A stretch of DNA of 64,000 nt from Burkholderiales bacterium. Its GTDB lineage: Bacteria; Pseudomonadota; Gammaproteobacteria; Burkholderiales; SG8-39. Numbering within the stretch: position 1 is the first letter of the stretch; every line of letters starts with the position of its first letter. The position numbers were made by a program, and so were the translations under genes. The stretch covers positions 1,347 through 65,346 of the forward strand of contig DASPWT010000207.1 of NCBI GenBank assembly GCA_035637655.1, written 5' to 3'. Of the stretch, positions 1 to 12,175 are shown in pieces. Below the pieces are notes generated by a model. It was not told where the DNA came from and ran no database searches. It saw only the letters and a list, made by a program, of their open reading frames with translations.

Positions 1-658
1 GCGCATCTCGCATCTGCGAGATAGTCGCCCGGTAGTCCTTCGAGCCGAAAATCGCGGAGCCCGCGACGAAGGTATCGGCCCCGGCGCGCGCGATGCCGGC
101 GATGTTCCCGGCGTTCACGCCGCCGTCCACTTCCAGCATGATTGCGCGCCCCGCGTCGTCGATTTTCCCGCGCGCGTCGCGCAACTTCTCCAAGGTGTGA
201 GGGATGAATTGCTGCCCGCCAAATCCGGGATTCACCGACATGATGAGAACCAGGTCGAGCTTGTGCAGGACGTGATCGAGGTAGGACAGCGGCGTCGCGG
301 GATTCAATGCAAGGCCCGCCTTGCAGCCCGAGTCGTGGATCAAGCCGACGGTGCGATCGACGTGCTCGCTCGCCTCCGGGTGGAAGCTGATGATGTTGGC
401 TCCAGCGCGAGCGAAATCCGGGATGATCCGATCGACCGGTCTGACCATCAAGTGCACGTCGATCAAGCTCTCGGTAAGCGGGCGGATCGCCTCGCACACG
501 ATCGGCCCCACCGTGAGGTTCGGGACGTAATGATTGTCCATCACGTCGAAGTGAATCATGTCGGCTCCGGCTGCGACAACCGCAGCCACTTCATCGCCGA
601 GCCGCGCGAAGTTTGCCGACAAGATGCTCGGTGCGATTCGGAACGTGCGTGCAGCCAT
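1..658 (-). CDS. rpe: ribulose-phosphate 3-epimerase (C-terminal end runs off the window)
   Basis: Absent from the ORF track because there is no stop in the window. My translation of the minus strand from ATG 658..656 gives [20 protein letters not shown]..., the canonical Rpe N-terminus. The plus-strand ORF 197..697 is its shadow. Confidence 0.85.
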   Translation of the reverse strand, partial: MAARTFRIAPSILSANFARLGDEVAAVVAAGADMIHFDVMDNHYVPNLTVGPIVCEAIRPLTESLIDVHLMVRPVDRIIPDFARAGANIISFHPEASEHVDRTVGLIHDSGCKAGLALNPATPLSYLDHVLHKLDLVLIMSVNPGFGGQQFIPHTLEKLRDARGKIDDAGRAIMLEVDGGVNAGNIAGIARAGADTFVAGSAIFGSKDYRATISQMRDA

Positions 659-751
659 CGCTGGAAATTCTACTTGGATTCGCCCGGGACCGCATGAAAC
701 GGCAATCATCTCACCCTTGTCAGTCCGCGCGATTTCGTGTGGAATGACCGC

Positions 752-1135
752 ATGGTCGCGGAAAATAAATACGAGGTCGCGGTCTCCTCGCAGACGCAAT
801 ATGTCCCGGAGCAGTCCGACGAGCAGAACGCCCGCTTCGTCTTCGCCTACACCATCACGATCCGCAACAACGGCAGCCTTCCCGCTCAGCTGATCTCGCG
901 ACACTGGATCATCACCGACGGCCGCAACCAGGTGCAGGAAGTGCGGGGTCTGGGCGTGGTCGGCGCTCAGCCGCTGCTCAAACCTGGGGAAAGCTTCGAG
1001 TACACGAGCGGCACCGCGATCGCGACGCCGGTCGGGACGATGCGAGGCAGCTACCAGATGGTGGCCGAAGACGGTACCCAGTTCGACGCACCGATTCCCG
1101 AGTTCACCCTCTCGGTACCCCGTGTCCTGCACTAG
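752..1135 (+). CDS. apaG: ApaG (DUF525) protein
   Basis: [24 protein letters not shown] and [20 protein letters not shown] match the ApaG family. The track ORF starts at GTG 737; I prefer ATG 752, but the start is uncertain. Confidence 0.85.
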   Translation: MVAENKYEVAVSSQTQYVPEQSDEQNARFVFAYTITIRNNGSLPAQLISRHWIITDGRNQVQEVRGLGVVGAQPLLKPGESFEYTSGTAIATPVGTMRGSYQMVAEDGTQFDAPIPEFTLSVPRVLH

Positions 1136-1151
1136 TCCCGTTCCGAAGCCG

Positions 1152-2366
1152 ATGATAAATGACTTGCGTTGGCTTTTTCTCGCGGCCGCGGGCTTGATTG
1201 CAGGCTGCACTCTGCAGCCACTGTCGGACGGGGGTTGTCCGGCTTCTTCGGCCTGCCCGTGTCAGGCGTGTCCCGGGCTGCCGGCCCCTCGCATCAATGC
1301 GCTCGAGCCCGTCGATTTCGGAACGCTGACGGGCTGGAAGGATGGCGAGCAAGCGGCGGCCTGGCCCGCTTTCCTCGCATCCTGTCAGGCGCTGCGCTGG
1401 CGTGAGGCGTGGCGCGGTGTGTGCGCGCGAGCGATGGAGCTTCGCTCGCCCGGCGACGAGGAGGCGCGGCGCTTCCTGGAAGAATATTTCACTCCGTGGC
1501 GTCTCGCCAACCCCGACGGCGCGATCGAGGGGCTGGTCACGGGTTACTACGAACCGCTCCTGCGCGGCAGCCGCGCCATGGCCGCGCCGTTTGTTTACCC
1601 TGTGTACGGTCCGCCGGATGATCTCCTCACTATCGACCTTTCAGCGACCAACCCGGAGCTGCGCGGCATGCGCTTGCGCGGGCGCGTCGAGGGAAAGCGT
1701 GTCGTGCCGTATTACTCGCGCGCGGAAATCGCTCGCGGTGCCGCACCGATCGCCGGAAAGGAAATCCTGTGGGTCGATGATCCGATCGAAGCCTTTTTCC
1801 TCCAGATCCAGGGTTCCGGAAGGGTCCAGCTCGAGGGCGGCGAGACGCTGCGCCTCGGCTACGCGGACCAGAACGGCCACCCTTTTCAATCGATCGGGCG
1901 CTACCTCGTCGAGCGCGGCGAGCTCCAACTCGGCGAAGCTTCGATGTCCGGGATCAAGGCCTGGGTGGCGGCGAATCCGAAGCGTGTCGAAGAGCTGCTC
2001 AACCAGAACCCGAGCTTCGTGTTCTTTCGCGAACTGCCGCTCGCCGACCCGGCGAGCGGTCCCGTCGGCGCGCTCGGCGTGCCGCTCGCGCCGGGCCGCT
2101 CGATCGCCGTCGATCCGCGTTACGTCCCGCTCGGGGCTCCGGTATTTCTCGCGACGACCTTTCCGGCGAGCGCGACGCCGCTCACCCGCCTGGTCCTCGC
2201 TCAGGATACGGGCGGGGCGATCCGCAATCCGGTGCGCGCGGATTTCTTCTGGGGGTTCGGTCCCGAGGCGGGCGCCCAAGCGGGCCGCATGCGGCAACCG
2301 GGGAGGATGTGGGCCCTTCTCCCGAAGGACCTGAAACCCGCTCCGACCGGCGCCGTGACGCCCTGA
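1152..2366 (+). CDS. mltA: membrane-bound lytic murein transglycosylase A (lipoprotein)
   Basis: LIAGC lipobox directly after ATG 1152. MltA motifs [18 protein letters not shown] and AQDTGGAI are present. The start was trimmed from 1122, which overlaps apaG. Confidence 0.9.
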   Translation: MINDLRWLFLAAAGLIAGCTLQPLSDGGCPASSACPCQACPGLPAPRINALEPVDFGTLTGWKDGEQAAAWPAFLASCQALRWREAWRGVCARAMELRSPGDEEARRFLEEYFTPWRLANPDGAIEGLVTGYYEPLLRGSRAMAAPFVYPVYGPPDDLLTIDLSATNPELRGMRLRGRVEGKRVVPYYSRAEIARGAAPIAGKEILWVDDPIEAFFLQIQGSGRVQLEGGETLRLGYADQNGHPFQSIGRYLVERGELQLGEASMSGIKAWVAANPKRVEELLNQNPSFVFFRELPLADPASGPVGALGVPLAPGRSIAVDPRYVPLGAPVFLATTFPASATPLTRLVLAQDTGGAIRNPVRADFFWGFGPEAGAQAGRMRQPGRMWALLPKDLKPAPTGAVTP

Positions 2367-2390
2367 AGCGGGGTACGCCTGCTCAAGAGT

Positions 2391-3092
2391 TTATTTCCTG
2401 GCCTCGTCGATCAATTTCACCAGCTCCTCGGGCCGGGCGCCGAGGATTCTCTCCCCATTTGTCGTAAAGCTGGTTGGCGTCGCTCTTACGCCGATTTTCT
2501 TACCGAGGGCAAGCCACTTATCGACCGGCGCGTTACAGGAGGGCGCGGCCGCCGGGTCTCGGCCGTTCAGCATGAAATCGTAGTAGGCCTTGGCCCGGTC
2601 GGGCGCGCACCAGATGGCTCGCGCCTTGTCCGGCGACTCGGGCCGGAGAATGGGGTAGAGAAACGTATAGATCGTAATGTCGTCCTGGCGCATCAGCGCG
2701 CGGTCGAGGCTCTTGCAATAGGGGCAGAACGGATCGGCGAAAATCGCCACCACGCGCCTGCCGTTGCCCCGCACCTGCTTGATCGCGAGATCGAGCGGCA
2801 AATCCTCGAACTTGATCGCGGTAAGTTTTTGCTGTCGCTCTTCGGTGAGATTCTTTTGAGAGCGCGCGTCGATGATCTCGCCCTTGAACACGAAGTTCAC
2901 CTTCTCATCGGTATAGAACAGCGTCTCCCCGACCACGATCTCGTACAGGTCGGCGTAGGACGTCTTGGTCACGCTGTCCACTTTGATTCCGTCGAAGCGG
3001 CCCTCGACGCCTCGCCTCACCGAAGCCTCGTCGGCGAGCCCCGTCGTCGTAAAGGCCGCAGCGAGAAATAGAGCCGGCAGTCGCAAACTCAT
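2391..3092 (-). CDS. dsbC: periplasmic thiol:disulfide interchange protein, DsbC/DsbG family
   Basis: Signal peptide, CPYC thioredoxin active site (FADPFCPYCKSL) and an N-terminal dimerisation-like region. ATGA overlap with the upstream hydroxylase stop at 3089..3092. Confidence 0.8.
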   Translation of the reverse strand: MSLRLPALFLAAAFTTTGLADEASVRRGVEGRFDGIKVDSVTKTSYADLYEIVVGETLFYTDEKVNFVFKGEIIDARSQKNLTEERQQKLTAIKFEDLPLDLAIKQVRGNGRRVVAIFADPFCPYCKSLDRALMRQDDITIYTFLYPILRPESPDKARAIWCAPDRAKAYYDFMLNGRDPAAAPSCNAPVDKWLALGKKIGVRATPTSFTTNGERILGARPEELVKLIDEARK

Positions 3093-4273
3093 AGTGACTC
3101 CTTGTGCTGAAGGCCCCCGCCCATTCCCATGGCGCGGCGCGCAAGCAGCGTCTTGATGACCGGATTGGAGTTCGTCAGGTTCAATCCGAAGTTTCGGATT
3201 CCCGCGGCCATTCGATGGTCGGCGCCAAACATCCGGATGAGTCCGTCGGTGACCCAGCGCAACGCCAGTATATCCTCCGCGCGAGCGCGCTCATAGCGCC
3301 GCAGCAGAAGGCGATCTCCCGGGTCAGGCGCCTCGCGGAGCAGCTCGGCGAGCGTGTGCGCGTCGCCCAGTCCCAGATTGACTCCCTGCCCGGCGAGCGG
3401 GTGCACGACGTGCGCCGCGTCGCCGATGAGCGCGATCCTCCCCTGTGCCATCCGATCGCCGGACATGCGACTCAAGGGAAAGGCGGCGGGCGGGGTGAGC
3501 GGTTCCAGGGCCCCCAGAGCTTCGTCGCCCGCTTCGCTCACGCGAGCGCAAAGCGCCGTGGGCGCGAGGGCGAGCAGTTCGCGTGCATGCGTTTCCGGCG
3601 TGGACCAGACGATCGAGATGCGCCGGTCGGGCAGGGGCAGATAGGCGAGCACCCCGTCACGGCGAAACCATTGATACGCGATATTGCGATGTGCCCGCGC
3701 GCAGACGAAGTTGGCGACGACGCCGAGCTGCGCGTAGCTTCCGCCGCTAGCTTCGATGCCCGCGGCGCGCCGGACCCACGATTCGGCCCCGTCGGCGCCG
3801 ACCGCCAGTTTCGCGACCATGACGCGGCCGTCCTCCAGCCCGATCTCAACACGGTCTGCGTAGCAGCGCAGGCGCAACGGCATCGCCGGACAGAGCAAGG
3901 AGAGATTGCGCTGGCTCTCCAGTCCCCGCCACAGAGCATGCTGCAGCCGGCCCGATTCGGCCGTCGCTGCAAGCTCACGAACCCCCGAGTCGTAGGCGGA
4001 GAATTCGAGCCGCGAGCGGCCGTCGTCGCCGAACACGCGCATTGCGTGGATCGGAGTCACCCGCACGGCATCCATGCGCAGCCACGCGCCGATGTCTTCG
4101 AGAAACGCGACGCTCGCAGGAGCCAGCGCGTACACGCGGGAATCCCATTCCGCGCCCGGTGCGGCCGGCACCCCGCGCTCGATCAGCGCCAGCCTGAGGC
4201 CGGTGTCCGCAAGCGCGGCGGCGAGGCTCGCGCCGACGAGCCCGGCGCCTACGATGATGACATCGAATTCCAT
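3089..4273 (-). CDS. FAD-dependent ubiquinone-biosynthesis hydroxylase (UbiH/UbiF/VisC/COQ6 family)
   Basis: MEFDVIIVGAGLVGASLA is a Rossmann GxGxxG; IGDAAHVVHPLAGQGVNLGLGD is the family signature. Start trimmed to ATG 4273. Confidence 0.85.
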   Translation of the reverse strand: MEFDVIIVGAGLVGASLAAALADTGLRLALIERGVPAAPGAEWDSRVYALAPASVAFLEDIGAWLRMDAVRVTPIHAMRVFGDDGRSRLEFSAYDSGVRELAATAESGRLQHALWRGLESQRNLSLLCPAMPLRLRCYADRVEIGLEDGRVMVAKLAVGADGAESWVRRAAGIEASGGSYAQLGVVANFVCARAHRNIAYQWFRRDGVLAYLPLPDRRISIVWSTPETHARELLALAPTALCARVSEAGDEALGALEPLTPPAAFPLSRMSGDRMAQGRIALIGDAAHVVHPLAGQGVNLGLGDAHTLAELLREAPDPGDRLLLRRYERARAEDILALRWVTDGLIRMFGADHRMAAGIRNFGLNLTNSNPVIKTLLARRAMGMGGGLQHKESL

Positions 4274-4345
4274 CCCGAATTCTATCCCGTTATCGAAGCC
4301 GTCCTTCCACGAACCCACCGCCGTTCGCGAGGCAAGCGCTTCCGC

Positions 4346-5059
4346 TCAACATATCATCCAGAAAGCAAGGGTCAACCGGGGAAAGTCAAAAAAAGAGTTC
4401 TTCGGATGATAGGCAGCGTGGAAATACTCGGAAGGAAAGATCAGCAGCCGTCCCGGAACCATGTCGATCACCCCGGCCATTTCCCAGAACTCGTCGGGAT
4501 TCTCCAACCAGTAGTCCCGTCCATCCTCTACGATCCGGGGATTCTGCCGCGTCGCCTGCGCGTACGATTCGTCCACGATGAGCGAGTTTGATTTCCTGAA
4601 CCGGAAGAATGCCGTACCGCCCGAGCACTCACCTGGACTGTTCAGATAGACGATACAGGTGAACGATCGCTTGACGTCACCTGATGTGTCGTAGTGCGGA
4701 AAAGCGAAGTCGCCGCGTTTCTCGTGGATCTGCATGAACCAGTTGACGTCGACGGCCGGATCCTGGGGCCGCGTTGCGGTCGAGTACACGGTCTGAATGG
4801 CCTGCTGCGCAACGGCAAGCATGCGGTTTGGAAACCAGACCGGGAAGCGAAGCCGGCAATCGTAGTAATCGACAAAATTTCTCCCCCCTTCCACATACTT
4901 CCAGTTCGCCGCGGGAGCGGTTCCCACGACCGACCGTGCTTCGGCAGGGGACTTGAGGAAACCGTCGATGACGACCGCGGGAATCGAGGCCGGAGCCGCG
5001 TTCTTTATGACAAGACTCGTATTGACGTCGAACAGCTCGTTGAAGAGGAATGGCTTCAT
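4346..5059 (-). CDS. hypothetical Fe(II)/2-oxoglutarate dioxygenase-like protein (DUF6445-like)
   Basis: 237 aa with a candidate HxD...H facial triad (FPHYDTSG ... EYFHAAY). Visibly AT-richer than the flanking sequence. The family assignment is from memory of the motifs only. Confidence 0.55.
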   Translation of the reverse strand: MKPFLFNELFDVNTSLVIKNAAPASIPAVVIDGFLKSPAEARSVVGTAPAANWKYVEGGRNFVDYYDCRLRFPVWFPNRMLAVAQQAIQTVYSTATRPQDPAVDVNWFMQIHEKRGDFAFPHYDTSGDVKRSFTCIVYLNSPGECSGGTAFFRFRKSNSLIVDESYAQATRQNPRIVEDGRDYWLENPDEFWEMAGVIDMVPGRLLIFPSEYFHAAYHPKNSFFDFPRLTLAFWMIC

Positions 5060-5082
5060 TGTTCCCCAACGGCTCGCCCGGG

Positions 5083-5709
5083 TCAGGCAGCTCGACGTAG
5101 ATTGAAAGCAAGTGAAATTCTGATTTTGTCGCTCTTGTTACACTGAACGCCGTGCGGTACCCACGATTCAAACATGATAAGCCTGCCCGCCTGCGGCGGG
5201 AATCCGACTTCTGGCATGGTAAAGAATGTTTTGCCTGTGGTACTGGTGAAGGCCCGATGAGATCGGCGTGCCCCTATCGGGTCCGGAAGCACCAGGTCTC
5301 CGCACTTCTCAGGCGCTTCGACGTAGTAGGTAGCGGATAGAAGGCTGCCGTCGTGTGAATGCTGCGCCTCTTGTGTTCCAGGCCGGAAAATGTTGATCCA
5401 CGAGCGCTCGATCTCGAGAGGAATCGGCGCGCAGCCGAGGCCTTTTACAAATGCGTCCCCGGCGCGCAGCACCGTTTCCTTGAGTTCGGCCAGCTTTGCG
5501 TCTTCCAGCACGGATGTCTTCGCGGCGAAATAGGACGTTTCCAGGGATTCAAACGGAACCGGGGAAACGTCACGCTTGGCGCCCTCTGTCTCCAGATAGG
5601 TCTTGACCTTCGCGTGCGTCACATCACGAACATGTGGATCCACATCCTGGTGGAAGACGGGTACGGGGAACCAGAGCTCGACGGGCATACCAGGTTTTTG
5701 CGAAATCAA
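5083..5709 (-). CDS. putative 2OG-Fe(II) oxygenase, TIGR02466/2OG-FeII_Oxy_5-like
   Basis: 208 aa. HSHDGSLLSATYYV (HxD) plus a distal VPHGV, then RISLAFNL at the C-terminus, typical of this uncharacterised family. Confidence 0.6.
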   Translation of the reverse strand: MISQKPGMPVELWFPVPVFHQDVDPHVRDVTHAKVKTYLETEGAKRDVSPVPFESLETSYFAAKTSVLEDAKLAELKETVLRAGDAFVKGLGCAPIPLEIERSWINIFRPGTQEAQHSHDGSLLSATYYVEAPEKCGDLVLPDPIGARRSHRAFTSTTGKTFFTMPEVGFPPQAGRLIMFESWVPHGVQCNKSDKIRISLAFNLRRAA

Positions 5710-5863
5710 AATTCAATGATACTGCCTTGCCGAGTTTCGGATAGTCTGCAGTCTCGCATGCGGCCGGGCTGGCGGAATTTCGGATCGGCGCCTCAACTGG
5801 AGAAATTCCGGTTGGGTGCCGCACAGCGGCGGGTTTCACGCGTGGCGAATAGTGGAGCTTCCC

Positions 5864-5893
5864 TTGACAAGCATTCAACGCAAAAAGGATAAT
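5864..5893 (+). promoter_or_regulatory. sigma70-type promoter for tRNA-Met
   Basis: TTGACA (5864..5869), 18-nt spacer, GATAAT (5888..5893), ending 14 nt before the tRNA 5' end. Confidence 0.6.
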
Positions 5894-5907
5894 TCCCGGT
5901 TTTCTGT

Positions 5908-5984
<77 letters not shown>

Positions 5985-6075
5985 TTTCTCTCCTCTAGCG
6001 AGCGATTATGGCCCCACGCCGCGCCGCATGCCTTGCGCTCCTGCCGGTCCTGCTTGGGGCCCGAGGGCAAATAAC

Positions 6076-7396
6076 ATGACGAAAAAGCTGTTCATTCGGA
6101 CCTTCGGCTGCCAGATGAACGAGTACGACTCGGACAAGATGGCGGACCTGCTGCGCGCGGCGAAGGGTTTCGAGATCACCGACCAGCCCGAAAATGCGGA
6201 TCTGATCCTGTTCAACACCTGCTCGGTGCGCGAAAGGGCGCAGGAAAAAGTATTTCACGATCTCGGGCGCGTGAAACACCTGAAGCAGGCGCGGCGTGAC
6301 CTTCTCATCGGCGTGGGCGGCTGTGTCGCGAGCCAGGAAGGCGCGGCCATCGTCGCGCGCGCGCCCTATGTCGATCTCGTGTTCGGCCCGCAGACGCTGC
6401 ACCGGCTTCCGGACTTGATCGACGCTCGGCAAAGCTCCGGCCGGCCGCAGGTGGACGTCTCCTTCCCGGAAATGGAAAAATTCGACAAGCTTCCACCGGC
6501 TCGCGTCGAGGGGCCGAGTGCCTTTGTTTCGATCATGGAAGGCTGCAGCAAGTATTGCAGCTTCTGCGTCGTCCCCTATACGCGCGGCGAGGAATTCTCC
6601 CGGCGCTTCGACGACGTCCTGACCGAGGTCGCGGACCTCGCAGACCAAGGCGTCAAGGAAGTGACTCTGCTCGGTCAGAACGTCAACGCCTATCGCGGCA
6701 GGATGGCCGACGGCGTGATCGCGGATTTTGCCCTTCTGCTCGAGTATGTCGCGGAGGTTCCCGGCATCGGGCGCATCCGCTATACCACTTCCCATCCCAA
6801 GGAATTTACCCAGCGTCTCATCGACGCCTACATCCGGATCGACAAGCTCGCACCGCACGTGCATCTGCCGGTGCAGTCCGGCTCGGACCGGGTGCTTGCG
6901 GCGATGAAGCGCGGGTACACCGCCCTTGAATACAAGTCGATCGTGCGCCGGCTCCGCGCCGCGCGGCCCGGCATCAGCATCTCTTCGGATTTCATCGTGG
7001 GCTTCCCCGGGGAAACCGAGCAGGATTTCGAAGCGACCCTGAAGCTCGCGGACGAGATCGGCTTCGACAATTCGTTTTCATTTGTCTACAGCCGGCGACC
7101 GGGAACCCCCGCCGCCGAGCTTCCCGACGCCACGCCACAGGAAGTGAAACTTGCGCGGCTTGTCCGGCTGCAGGAGAAAATCGATGCGCATGCGAGCAGG
7201 ATCGGCGAGCGCATGGTCGGCACGCGCCAGCGCATTCTCGTCGAAGGCGCCTCGCGCAGGCACGCCGGGGAACTCTCGGGCCGCGCCGCAGACAACCGCG
7301 TCGTCAACTTTCCTGGCCCCCGGCACCTCGTTGGGCAGTTCGTCGAGGTGACCGTCACTGCGGCGATGGCCCATTCGCTCCGCGGCGAGGTCCGCG

Positions 7397-7407
<11 letters not shown>
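6076..7407 (+). CDS. miaB: tRNA-i6A37 methylthiotransferase
   Basis: [20 protein letters not shown]-terminus and radical-SAM CSKYCSFC motif. Start trimmed to ATG 6076. Confidence 0.95.
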
Positions 7408-8347
<940 letters not shown>

Positions 8348-8352
8348 CTGCC

Positions 8353-8853
8353 GTGCCGGCCCGCGGCTGGCCCGACGCCCCACCGCGGGCACGACCGCGT
8401 CGCCGGCGAAAGCCGCGCCTCACGCTCCATCTTCAGGTCCTCTCGCGCGCCGTTCCTGTCCCTGCTTTGGTCCAGGTCCGCCGCTGGGTGCGCGCGGCGC
8501 TCAAGGGTTCGGCCGAGATCACCGTGAGGATCGTCGGCGCGGCCGAAGCCCGGATTCTCAACCGTCGCTATCGCGACCGTGACTATGCGGCCAACGTGCT
8601 GAGCTTTCCCTATTCCCTGCGACGCGGCACAGTGCAGGGCGACATCGTCCTTTGCGCCCCGGTGATCGCCCGCGAAGCGCTCGACCAGGGCAAGACGGTG
8701 GAAGCACATCTGGCGCATTTGACGGTCCACGCGCTGCTGCACCTGCAGGGCCACGATCACCTCCGTCGGCACGACACCGCACGCATGGAATCGCTGGAAA
8801 AGAAGCTTCTCGCCAAACTCGGTTATCCTGATCCCTACGATGATTCCGGGTGA
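8353..8853 (+). CDS. ybeY: rRNA maturation endoribonuclease YbeY
   Basis: Zinc motif HLTVHALLHLQGHDH. The N-terminal ~20 aa may be over-extended. Confidence 0.9.
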   Translation: MPARGWPDAPPRARPRRRRKPRLTLHLQVLSRAVPVPALVQVRRWVRAALKGSAEITVRIVGAAEARILNRRYRDRDYAANVLSFPYSLRRGTVQGDIVLCAPVIAREALDQGKTVEAHLAHLTVHALLHLQGHDHLRRHDTARMESLEKKLLAKLGYPDPYDDSG

Positions 8854-8905
8854 CGAATCCCCGGGTTGGATAAAACCGGCCCCGTGGCGCGAGCCCGCTG
8901 CGAGC

Positions 8906-9736
8906 ATGGACGATTCGAACAAACCTTCGTTACTTGAACGGCTTTCCGCGCTGCTGATGCGCGAGCCGGAGGACCGCGAGCAGCTGCTCAAGCTGCTGCA
9001 CTCCGCCTTCGAGAGAAATCTCCTCGACGGCGATGCGCTGTCGATGATCGAGGGCGCGCTGCAGGTCTCCGAGATGCAGGTGCGCGACATCATGGTGCCG
9101 CGCGCACAGGTGGACATGATCGACGTGAACGAGACTCCAGACAAGTTCATCCCGCACGTGATCGCCACGGCGCACTCGCGTTTCCCGGTCATCGACAAGA
9201 ATCGCGACGACGTCATCGGCGTCCTGCTCGCGAAGGACCTGCTGCGTTACTACGCCGGGGAGGAGGAGTTCAACGTGCGCGACATGCTCAGGCCCGCCGT
9301 CTTCGTGCCCGAGTCCAAGCGCCTGAACGTGCTGCTGCGCGAATTCCGCGCGAACCGCAACCACATGGCGATCGTGGTCGACGAGTACGGCGGCGTGGCG
9401 GGCCTGGTGACCATCGAGGACGTGCTCGAGCAGATCGTCGGCGAGATCGAGGACGAATACGACTTCGACGATTCCGAGGACAACATCGTGCGCGAGCAGG
9501 GGGGAAACTATCGCGTCAAGGCGCAGACCGAAATCGCCGATTTCAACCAGGCCTTCGGAACGAAGTTCTCCGACACCGATTTCGACACCGTCGGCGGGCT
9601 GCTGCTGCACCGCTTCGGTCGCCTGCCCAAGCGCGGTGAGGCGATCACCATCGACGGCCTGCGCGTCCAGGTGCTTCGCGCCGACAGCCGCAGGCTGCAC
9701 GTCCTTCAGGTGCACCGGCTGCCCGGCAAGGCTTGA
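8906..9736 (+). CDS. corC: CorC/HlyC-family Mg/Co transport protein (CBS pair plus CorC_HlyC domain)
   Basis: MDDSNKPSLLERL N-terminus, a CBS pair and a C-terminal transporter-associated domain. Start trimmed to ATG 8906. Confidence 0.9.
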   Translation: MDDSNKPSLLERLSALLMREPEDREQLLKLLHSAFERNLLDGDALSMIEGALQVSEMQVRDIMVPRAQVDMIDVNETPDKFIPHVIATAHSRFPVIDKNRDDVIGVLLAKDLLRYYAGEEEFNVRDMLRPAVFVPESKRLNVLLREFRANRNHMAIVVDEYGGVAGLVTIEDVLEQIVGEIEDEYDFDDSEDNIVREQGGNYRVKAQTEIADFNQAFGTKFSDTDFDTVGGLLLHRFGRLPKRGEAITIDGLRVQVLRADSRRLHVLQVHRLPGKA

Positions 9737-11241
9737 AGGCCTTCCTGCAATCGCCGCACGCCGCGATCGCCGCGGCTGTTGCCGCAGGCGCGTTGACCGT
9801 CGCCGGCTACGCTCCACTGGCGCTATTCCCGCTGCCGTTGCTGACTCTCGCCGGCCTGCTGCACCTGTGGCGGCGTGCGGCGACGCCGCAGGCTGCGTTC
9901 CGGACAGGCTTCGCTTTCGGCGCCGGCCTGTTCGGCGTCGGCGTGTCCTGGGTCTACGTCAGCCTGCACGACTTCGGAATGATGCCGGTCCCGCTTGCCG
10001 CAATGGGGACGCTGGCATTCTGCGCGATCCTCGCGCTGTATCCGGCCGCCGCGGGCTGGTGCCTCGCGCGCCTGCGGCTCGGTCGCCTCGCCTCCGCGCT
10101 GTTCGCGTTCCCAGCCTTGTGGACGCTCTCTGAATGGCTGCGCGGCTGGATCTTTACGGGCGTTCCCTGGCTTGCCCTCGGCTACAGCCAGGTCGACTCG
10201 CCGCTCGCCGGTTTTGCTCCCGTCGCGGGGGCATACGCCGTATCGTTCGTGACCGCGCTCTGTGCCGGGCTTCTAGTCATCGTGATTTCCGGCTCCCGCA
10301 AGGCGCGTCTCGCGGGCGGTCTCGCACTCGTATGCGCGTTCGCCCTGGGCCAGGTGCTCAAGCAGTTCCACTGGACCTCTCCCCAGGGTGCCCCTCTCCA
10401 GGTTGCGCTCCTCCAGGGAAACATCCCCCAGGATCTCAAGTTCCAGGCGGATCGATACACGGCGACGCTGACAACCTATAAGCGGCTGGTCGAAGCGAGC
10501 CAAGGTGAACTCATCGTGCTTCCCGAAACCGCCATTCCGCGGTTTCTCGACGCCGTCGATCCCGGCTATCTGAAAGACATCGCGCGAATCGCTGCCGAGC
10601 GGCGCGCCGACGTCCTCATCGGCGTTCCCATCCGGGACCCGGACGAGCGTTATTTCAACAGCGTGGTCAGCGTGGGCGTTTCGCCTTCGCAGCGCTACGA
10701 CAAGTCGCACCTCGTTCCCTTCGGGGAGTTCGTGCCCCCCGGCTTCGGCTGGATCGTGAAGACGCTCGCGATTCCGCTCTCGGATTTCTCCCTAGGCACG
10801 GAAAATCCGAAGCCGCTCGCGCTCGCCGGGCAGCGGGTTGCGCCGAACATCTGCTGGGAGGACGCCTTCGGCGAGGAGATCATCCGCCAGCTTCCTCAAG
10901 CGACGCTGCTGGTGAACGTCTCGAACGTCGCCTGGTTCGGCGATTCGCTCGCTCCGGCTCAGCACCTGCAGATCTCGCGCATGCGCGCGCTCGAGACTGG
11001 GCGGACCATGCTGCGCGCGACCAATACCGGTATGACCGCGATCATCGATCCTCGCGGCGCGGTCGTTGCGAGGCTGCCGCAATTCACCGAGGGCATCCTC
11101 GAGGGCGAGGTGCGCGGCTACGTAGGTGCATCGCCCTACGTCAAATTCGGCAACACCCCGATCGTCCTTCTGTCTGTCGTGCTCCTTGGAGCGCTCGTAT
11201 TCATCCGCCGCCGCGTTGGTCGGGTCGGAGAAAGCCGGTAG
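9733..11241 (+). CDS. lnt: apolipoprotein N-acyltransferase
   Basis: N-terminal multi-TM region plus a CN-hydrolase domain ([11 protein letters not shown]). TTG start overlaps the corC stop. Confidence 0.9.
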   Translation: MKAFLQSPHAAIAAAVAAGALTVAGYAPLALFPLPLLTLAGLLHLWRRAATPQAAFRTGFAFGAGLFGVGVSWVYVSLHDFGMMPVPLAAMGTLAFCAILALYPAAAGWCLARLRLGRLASALFAFPALWTLSEWLRGWIFTGVPWLALGYSQVDSPLAGFAPVAGAYAVSFVTALCAGLLVIVISGSRKARLAGGLALVCAFALGQVLKQFHWTSPQGAPLQVALLQGNIPQDLKFQADRYTATLTTYKRLVEASQGELIVLPETAIPRFLDAVDPGYLKDIARIAAERRADVLIGVPIRDPDERYFNSVVSVGVSPSQRYDKSHLVPFGEFVPPGFGWIVKTLAIPLSDFSLGTENPKPLALAGQRVAPNICWEDAFGEEIIRQLPQATLLVNVSNVAWFGDSLAPAQHLQISRMRALETGRTMLRATNTGMTAIIDPRGAVVARLPQFTEGILEGEVRGYVGASPYVKFGNTPIVLLSVVLLGALVFIRRRVGRVGESR

Positions 11242-11266
11242 AATCCATCGCTGTCACCGCGCGCTC

Positions 11267-12169
11267 ATGCTGACCTTCCAGGAACTGATCCTCAAGCTGC
11301 AGAGTTACTGGGGCGGCAAGGGCTGCGCCCTGCTGCAGCCCTACGACATGGAAATGGGCGCGGGCACGTTTCATACCGCGACGTTCCTGCGCGCGATCGG
11401 CCCAGAGCCCTGGCGCGCCGCCTACGTGCAGCCTTCGCGTCGGCCCAAGGACGGACGCTACGGCGACAACCCCAACCGCCTGCAGCACTACTACCAGTAC
11501 CAGGTGGTGCTGAAACCTTCGCCCGATGATTTGCAGGATCTCTATCTGGGCTCGCTCAAAGCGCTCGGCATCGATCTCCGGAAGAACGACGTTCGTTTTG
11601 TCGAAGACGACTGGGAATCGCCGACGCTCGGCGCCTGGGGTCTGGGCTGGGAAGTGTGGTTGAACGGCATGGAGGTCACCCAGTTCACTTACTTCCAGCA
11701 GGTCGGCGGCCTCGACTGCAGGCCGGTTCTGGGCGAGCTCACCTACGGGCTTGAGCGCCTCGCGATGTACCTGCAAGGCAAGGAAAGCGTTTTCGATCTC
11801 ACGTGGGTGGACGGCGTCACTTACGGCGACGTCTACCACCACAACGAGGTCGAGCAGTCGAAGTATAACTTCGAAGCAAGCGACGCCAACTGGCTGCTGT
11901 CGCAGTTCAACGACTACGAATCGCAGGCGAAGCGACTGATCGCCGAGGGCCTCGCCCTTCCCGGCTACGAGATGGTGCTGAAATGCTCGCACACCTTCAA
12001 CCTGCTCGACGCGCGGGGAGCGATCTCGGTCACCGAGCGCGCGGCATACATCGCGCGTGTGCGCGCGCTTGCGAGGCTCGTGGCGCAAGCGTATTACGCC
12101 TCTCGCGAGAAGCTCGGGTTTCCGATGCTGAAACCGGCGCAAACAGCGAAAAAGAGGGCCAGGGCCTAA
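11267..12169 (+). CDS. glyQ: glycine--tRNA ligase alpha subunit
   Basis: [36 protein letters not shown] matches the GlyQ N-terminus. Start trimmed to ATG 11267. Confidence 0.95.
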   Translation: MLTFQELILKLQSYWGGKGCALLQPYDMEMGAGTFHTATFLRAIGPEPWRAAYVQPSRRPKDGRYGDNPNRLQHYYQYQVVLKPSPDDLQDLYLGSLKALGIDLRKNDVRFVEDDWESPTLGAWGLGWEVWLNGMEVTQFTYFQQVGGLDCRPVLGELTYGLERLAMYLQGKESVFDLTWVDGVTYGDVYHHNEVEQSKYNFEASDANWLLSQFNDYESQAKRLIAEGLALPGYEMVLKCSHTFNLLDARGAISVTERAAYIARVRALARLVAQAYYASREKLGFPMLKPAQTAKKRARA

Positions 12170-12175
12170 GCAACC

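Noticed and set aside
3104-4591. 495-aa plus-strand ORF.
   Set aside because: It is antisense to the ubiquinone hydroxylase gene and partly to the DUF6445-like gene. Its composition is Arg-rich and it has no motifs.
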